From an uncultured delta proteobacterium (GTDB lineage Bacteria; Desulfobacterota; Desulfobacteria; Desulfobacterales; B30-G6), in assembly GCA_963823335.1 (NCBI GenBank), contig CAWGLD010000007.1, forward strand, positions 288,001 through 352,000: DNA of 64,000 bases, read 5' to 3'. Each line of letters starts with the position of its first letter. The stretch's first letter is position 1. Shown piece after piece: positions 60,710-64,000 of this stretch. The position numbers and the translations under genes are program-made. Under the pieces are notes generated by a model that saw nothing but the letters and a program-made list of their open reading frames with translations, searched no databases and was not told the DNA's origin.

Positions 60710-61576
60710 CTACCCGAGTATCGGCCGGATCCATGCCGTCACCAACACAACGACCACACAGGCGAGCGCTCCAAACTGAATTCGCCACGCGAAGGGATAT
60801 CGGACCAACCGGTAATAGACGAGCCCCAGAGCCACACCCGACAAAAAGCCGAACAGATGGGCCATGATGTCCGTGTGGCTGGACGACCCTAAAAATGCCA
60901 GGAGAGCCAGACCGGCCCCCAAGGGCAGCAGGACCTGAAATCGGGAAAACGGTGTGTGTATTTTTTTCAGGAACTGGTAGGAAGACAGAAGACCCAGGGC
61001 GCCGAAAACGGCGGTGGATGCACCGATGGAGCTGTGGCCGTACCCATACGCATAGGCATTGATGAGATTGCCGGATATGCCGGAGGCAAGAATCAGCAGC
61101 CACCCCACCCCCCATCCAGTAATGGAACAGACCGCCGTGGCAAAAATTGCCATTCCCGCCAGATTCCCTGCCAGGTGCAGACTGTCTGCGTGAAGAAGCA
61201 GTGCTGTGGCGCAGCGGTACCATTCACCATTGACAACAAGGCCTGCGGACGATCCATACAACCTGTGCAACAGACCGGCATCATTCCCCGCCAGCGTAAG
61301 GCCTATATGCAGGACCAGCAGAACGAACACACCCCCTGCACCTGACCAGGTTCTTGGGTACGTCTCCCCAAGAGATTTTTTTGAGGTTTTGAAGCCCTTG
61401 TTCTCCTCCAGATAGGTTTTCAACAGGCTTTCAGCCACTTCCGATGCATCTTCCGCAACCCACAGTGCCCAGTCCTTTTCCCCTCGCCGGATCTCATGGT
61501 CTATCCCCGAGGACAAAAGAACGAGTCCAAAAGTGTCTGCCTGTTCTCTGCTTAGATTGCCGAGAAGGATCTGCAT
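60710..61576 (-). CDS. rhomboid intramembrane serine protease with soluble N-terminal domain
   Basis: EWYR, LLHADSLHLAGN, GAS (catalytic Ser), AHLFG (catalytic His). Confidence 0.9.
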   Translation of the reverse strand: MQILLGNLSREQADTFGLVLLSSGIDHEIRRGEKDWALWVAEDASEVAESLLKTYLEENKGFKTSKKSLGETYPRTWSGAGGVFVLLVLHIGLTLAGNDAGLLHRLYGSSAGLVVNGEWYRCATALLLHADSLHLAGNLAGMAIFATAVCSITGWGVGWLLILASGISGNLINAYAYGYGHSSIGASTAVFGALGLLSSYQFLKKIHTPFSRFQVLLPLGAGLALLAFLGSSSHTDIMAHLFGFLSGVALGLVYYRLVRYPFAWRIQFGALACVVVVLVTAWIRPILG

Positions 61577-61614
61577 GCCGCTCCCCTCTTCGCACTGCTT
61601 CAGCACTTCGATAT

Positions 61615-61664
61615 TGAAGAACCTCGCAGTAAGCTACGAGGAATGTGCTCGCTTTTTCGGTTCA
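61615..61664 (-). repeat. family A 50-bp repeat
   Basis: TGAAGAACCTCGCAGTAAGCTACGAGGAATGTGCTCGCTTTTTCGGTTCA, flanked by ATAT/ATAT. Confidence 0.85.
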
Positions 61665-61713
61665 ATATTCCTTGTTCGACATTCTGCGGTTCAATAAAAT
61701 ATCCAACTGCCGA

Positions 61714-62697
61714 TTATAGACCGTGTCCTTCATTCAACCAGCAAGCCACCCTATGACCCACAGCAATTTCGACAAGTTTTGGCCGCTCCACCCGACAGCG
61801 GTCAAAACAATACGGGCATCGCGTATGAAACAAGCAGCCGGAAGGCGGGTCCACCGGGCTGGGAATCTCTCCCTCCAGAGCAACGGGTAACTGTTTTCGG
61901 TGTGGATCCGGTATGGGGACTGCGGAAACAAGCGCCGCTGTATAGGGGTGCCGCTGGTTGCTGTCGAACATGCTGGACGACGCCATCTCCACGATAACAC
62001 CCAGATACATGACGGCAACACGTTCACACATGTGACTGACGACACTCAAATCATGGGAAATGATCAGACTGGAAAAATCGAATGACGTCTTGAGGTCTGC
62101 CAGAAGATTCAACACCTGGGCCTGAATGGACATATCGAGGGCGCTCACCGGTTCATCGGCAACAATCAGACTCGGGTTGAGACAAAGAGCCCTGGCAATA
62201 CCGATACGTTGCCGCTCACCGCCTGAGAAAGCATGGGGGTACTTATCCAGATCAGCCGCCTTCAGACCGACCTTTTCCAGCAGGTTCACCGCCCTGGCGC
62301 GAAGTTCCTGCCTGCCGACCTTCTGAAACGCGCGCAGGGGCTCCGTAACGATCGACGCCACCGTCATCCTTGGATCCAGGCTCGCGTGGGGATCCTGAAA
62401 AACCATCTGTACATCCCGGCGAAGAGGTCGCATCTCTCTTCGATTCAACCGGGTAATTTCAACACCATTGAGCCGGATTTCACCGGAAGTAGGCTCCAGC
62501 AACCGGAGTATGATGCGCCCCAAGGTGGTTTTACCGCAGCCGGATTCCCCCACCAGACCGAAATTTTCACCTTTGTGTATCTGGAAAGAGACACCATCGA
62601 TGGCTTTTATCCAGGATTTCGGCTTTGACCAGAGACCCGTCGCCACAGGAAAGTATTTAACGATATCCTGAACGTCAAGTAGGGGCTTTTGTGGCAT
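61714..62697 (-). CDS. oppF: oligopeptide/dipeptide ABC transporter ATPase (OppF/DppF-like)
   Basis: GESGCGKT, FSGGERQR, DEPVSALD, HPYT, C-terminal Cys cluster. Confidence 0.9.
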   Translation of the reverse strand: MPQKPLLDVQDIVKYFPVATGLWSKPKSWIKAIDGVSFQIHKGENFGLVGESGCGKTTLGRIILRLLEPTSGEIRLNGVEITRLNRREMRPLRRDVQMVFQDPHASLDPRMTVASIVTEPLRAFQKVGRQELRARAVNLLEKVGLKAADLDKYPHAFSGGERQRIGIARALCLNPSLIVADEPVSALDMSIQAQVLNLLADLKTSFDFSSLIISHDLSVVSHMCERVAVMYLGVIVEMASSSMFDSNQRHPYTAALVSAVPIPDPHRKQLPVALEGEIPSPVDPPSGCLFHTRCPYCFDRCRVERPKLVEIAVGHRVACWLNEGHGL

Positions 62698-62780
62698 GTC
62701 AGTTATGTTCCTTCCTATAACATATAGCCTTTTAGGGGGTTGGACTGTAGGCTATAGGCCGCTTATTGCCGATAGATTTT

Positions 62781-62820
62781 TACTCTCGAACCCTTGTATC
62801 ACCCTCGGACCCTGGACCCT
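62781..62820 (-). repeat. 8-mer repeat fragment shared with 35145-35184
   Basis: TACTCTCGAACCCTTGTATCACCCTCGGACCC is the reverse complement of a stretch at 35153-35184. Confidence 0.7.
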
Positions 62821-62821
62821 G

Positions 62822-63805
62822 TCATACACCATAAAGCCAGCACCGCGCCTGCTGGCCATCCTGAACACGTAACAGGACAGGTCTTTTTTGCCTGCAGGGT
62901 TCGAAGACCTCAGGGCATCTGTCTGCAAACCTGCACCCGTATATGGGTTTGTCCAGGGACGGCAGCGAACCCCGTATCTCCTGCAAGCGCGCTCCAGGTC
63001 CATCTGCGGACCGCCCCATACGGGGTATGGATTTCAGCAAACCCTTTGTATATGGATGCGCAGGTCTGTCAAATATGTCGATAACCGTCGCCGTCTCTAC
63101 AACCTGTCCGGCATACATTACCACCACCCGATTGGCCGTCTGGGCCACGATGCCCAGGTCGTGTGTTATGAACAGTACCGACATCTTGAGCTCTGTCTTG
63201 AGATTCTCGATAAGGGTGAGTATTTGGGCCTGCGTACTCACATCCAGCGCAGTGGTGGGTTCGTCCGCAATCAGCAGAGCGGGTCTGCAGATCATGGCCA
63301 TGGCTATCATCACACGCTGCCGCATACCCCCGGAAAGCTGGAAGGGATATTCCCTGATCCGCCTCCCGGCCATGGGTATGTTGACACGTTCCAGCCATGC
63401 CTCTGCCGAAATGTAGGCTTCGGTTTTTGACAGCCCCTGGTGAACCATGAGGGGTTCGGCGATCTGTCTACCCACAGGCAGAATCGGATTGAGAGATGTC
63501 ATAGGCTCCTGAAAAACCATGGAGATCTCATTACCCCGCAACCGACGCAGTGCTTGCGGGCTGATGTTCAGAAGATCTTGCCCTCTGAACAGAATACGCC
63601 CTGAGTCCACGACACCCGTTGACCTATCCACCAAGCCGAGAATACTCAGAGCGGTTACACTTTTGCCACATCCGGATTCGCCCACAAGCCCCAGGGTCTC
63701 TCCTTCTTGCAGGGAGAAGGAGACATGCTCCACCGCACCCTTAACACCTTGCGGTGTATGAAAGGAAACCGACAGATCCTGGATTTCCAGAAGCGTTGCG
63801 GGCAT
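62822..63805 (-). CDS. oppD: oligopeptide/dipeptide ABC transporter ATPase (OppD/DppD-like)
   Basis: GESGCGKS, FQEPMTSLNP, LSGGMRQR, DEPTTALD. Confidence 0.9.
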   Translation of the reverse strand: MPATLLEIQDLSVSFHTPQGVKGAVEHVSFSLQEGETLGLVGESGCGKSVTALSILGLVDRSTGVVDSGRILFRGQDLLNISPQALRRLRGNEISMVFQEPMTSLNPILPVGRQIAEPLMVHQGLSKTEAYISAEAWLERVNIPMAGRRIREYPFQLSGGMRQRVMIAMAMICRPALLIADEPTTALDVSTQAQILTLIENLKTELKMSVLFITHDLGIVAQTANRVVVMYAGQVVETATVIDIFDRPAHPYTKGLLKSIPRMGRSADGPGARLQEIRGSLPSLDKPIYGCRFADRCPEVFEPCRQKRPVLLRVQDGQQARCWLYGV

Positions 63806-63866
63806 GGTGATTATCCTTTTAGCGGTAAGTTTTAGGTTTTAAGTAGCTTACAGCTTAGTGCTTAGT

Positions 63867-63985
63867 GCTCAACTTTCGGGTTTCACCGCAGATAGAGCAA
63901 AATGGGTGATCCAATGGCGATTTGCGCTGTTTGAGCCAATTAGGGGATGATTCATTTCGCGTTTCCTGAATCCCGAAAGTTGAGT
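63867..63985. mobile_element. MITE family B, internally deleted 119-bp copy
   Basis: GCTCAACTTTCGGG...CCCGAAAGTTGAGT; shares AAATGGGTGATCCAATGGCGATTTGCGCTGTTTGAG and AGGGGATGATTCATTTCG with 27472-27719. Confidence 0.85.
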
Positions 63986-64000
63986 TATAGCATATACGGA

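Overview
A mostly core-genome window from a sulfate-reducing Desulfobacterota bacterium. The taxon (probably Desulfobacterales) is inferred from the Tmc complex, the cytochrome-linked Rnf operon, an Alu-domain SRP RNA and gene order. Energy genes: an atypical cytochrome-rnfCDGEA operon lacking rnfB, a membrane H+-pyrophosphatase and tmcDCBA. Housekeeping blocks: ispE-tRNA-Gln-prs-rplY-pth-hppA, carD-rluD, grpE-dnaK, serA, tilS-ftsH-folP-coaX, pilT-pilU, proC and nrdDG with tandem NrdR-like boxes. Catabolic genes: prpE-like ligase, a long-chain acyl-CoA ligase, gntR-xsc-ackA-acyl-CoA dehydrogenase, a rhomboid plus SPFH pair, and oppDF. I found no transposase, prophage, rRNA or CRISPR array. The intergenic DNA is dense with non-autonomous elements: a terminal-repeat cassette carrying decayed four-helix-bundle genes, three MITE types, a 50-bp REP-like family, and two 18-19-nt-period arrays of mini-hairpins whose stems vary in sequence but stay paired. 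The most interesting candidates are (1) the Rnf variant with apparently lost flavin/NADH motifs and a pentaheme cytochrome, (2) the mini-hairpin arrays and associated repeat system, (3) a METTL21-like methyltransferase beside dnaK, and (4) xsc-ackA. All family calls come from motif recognition by eye; no searches were run.
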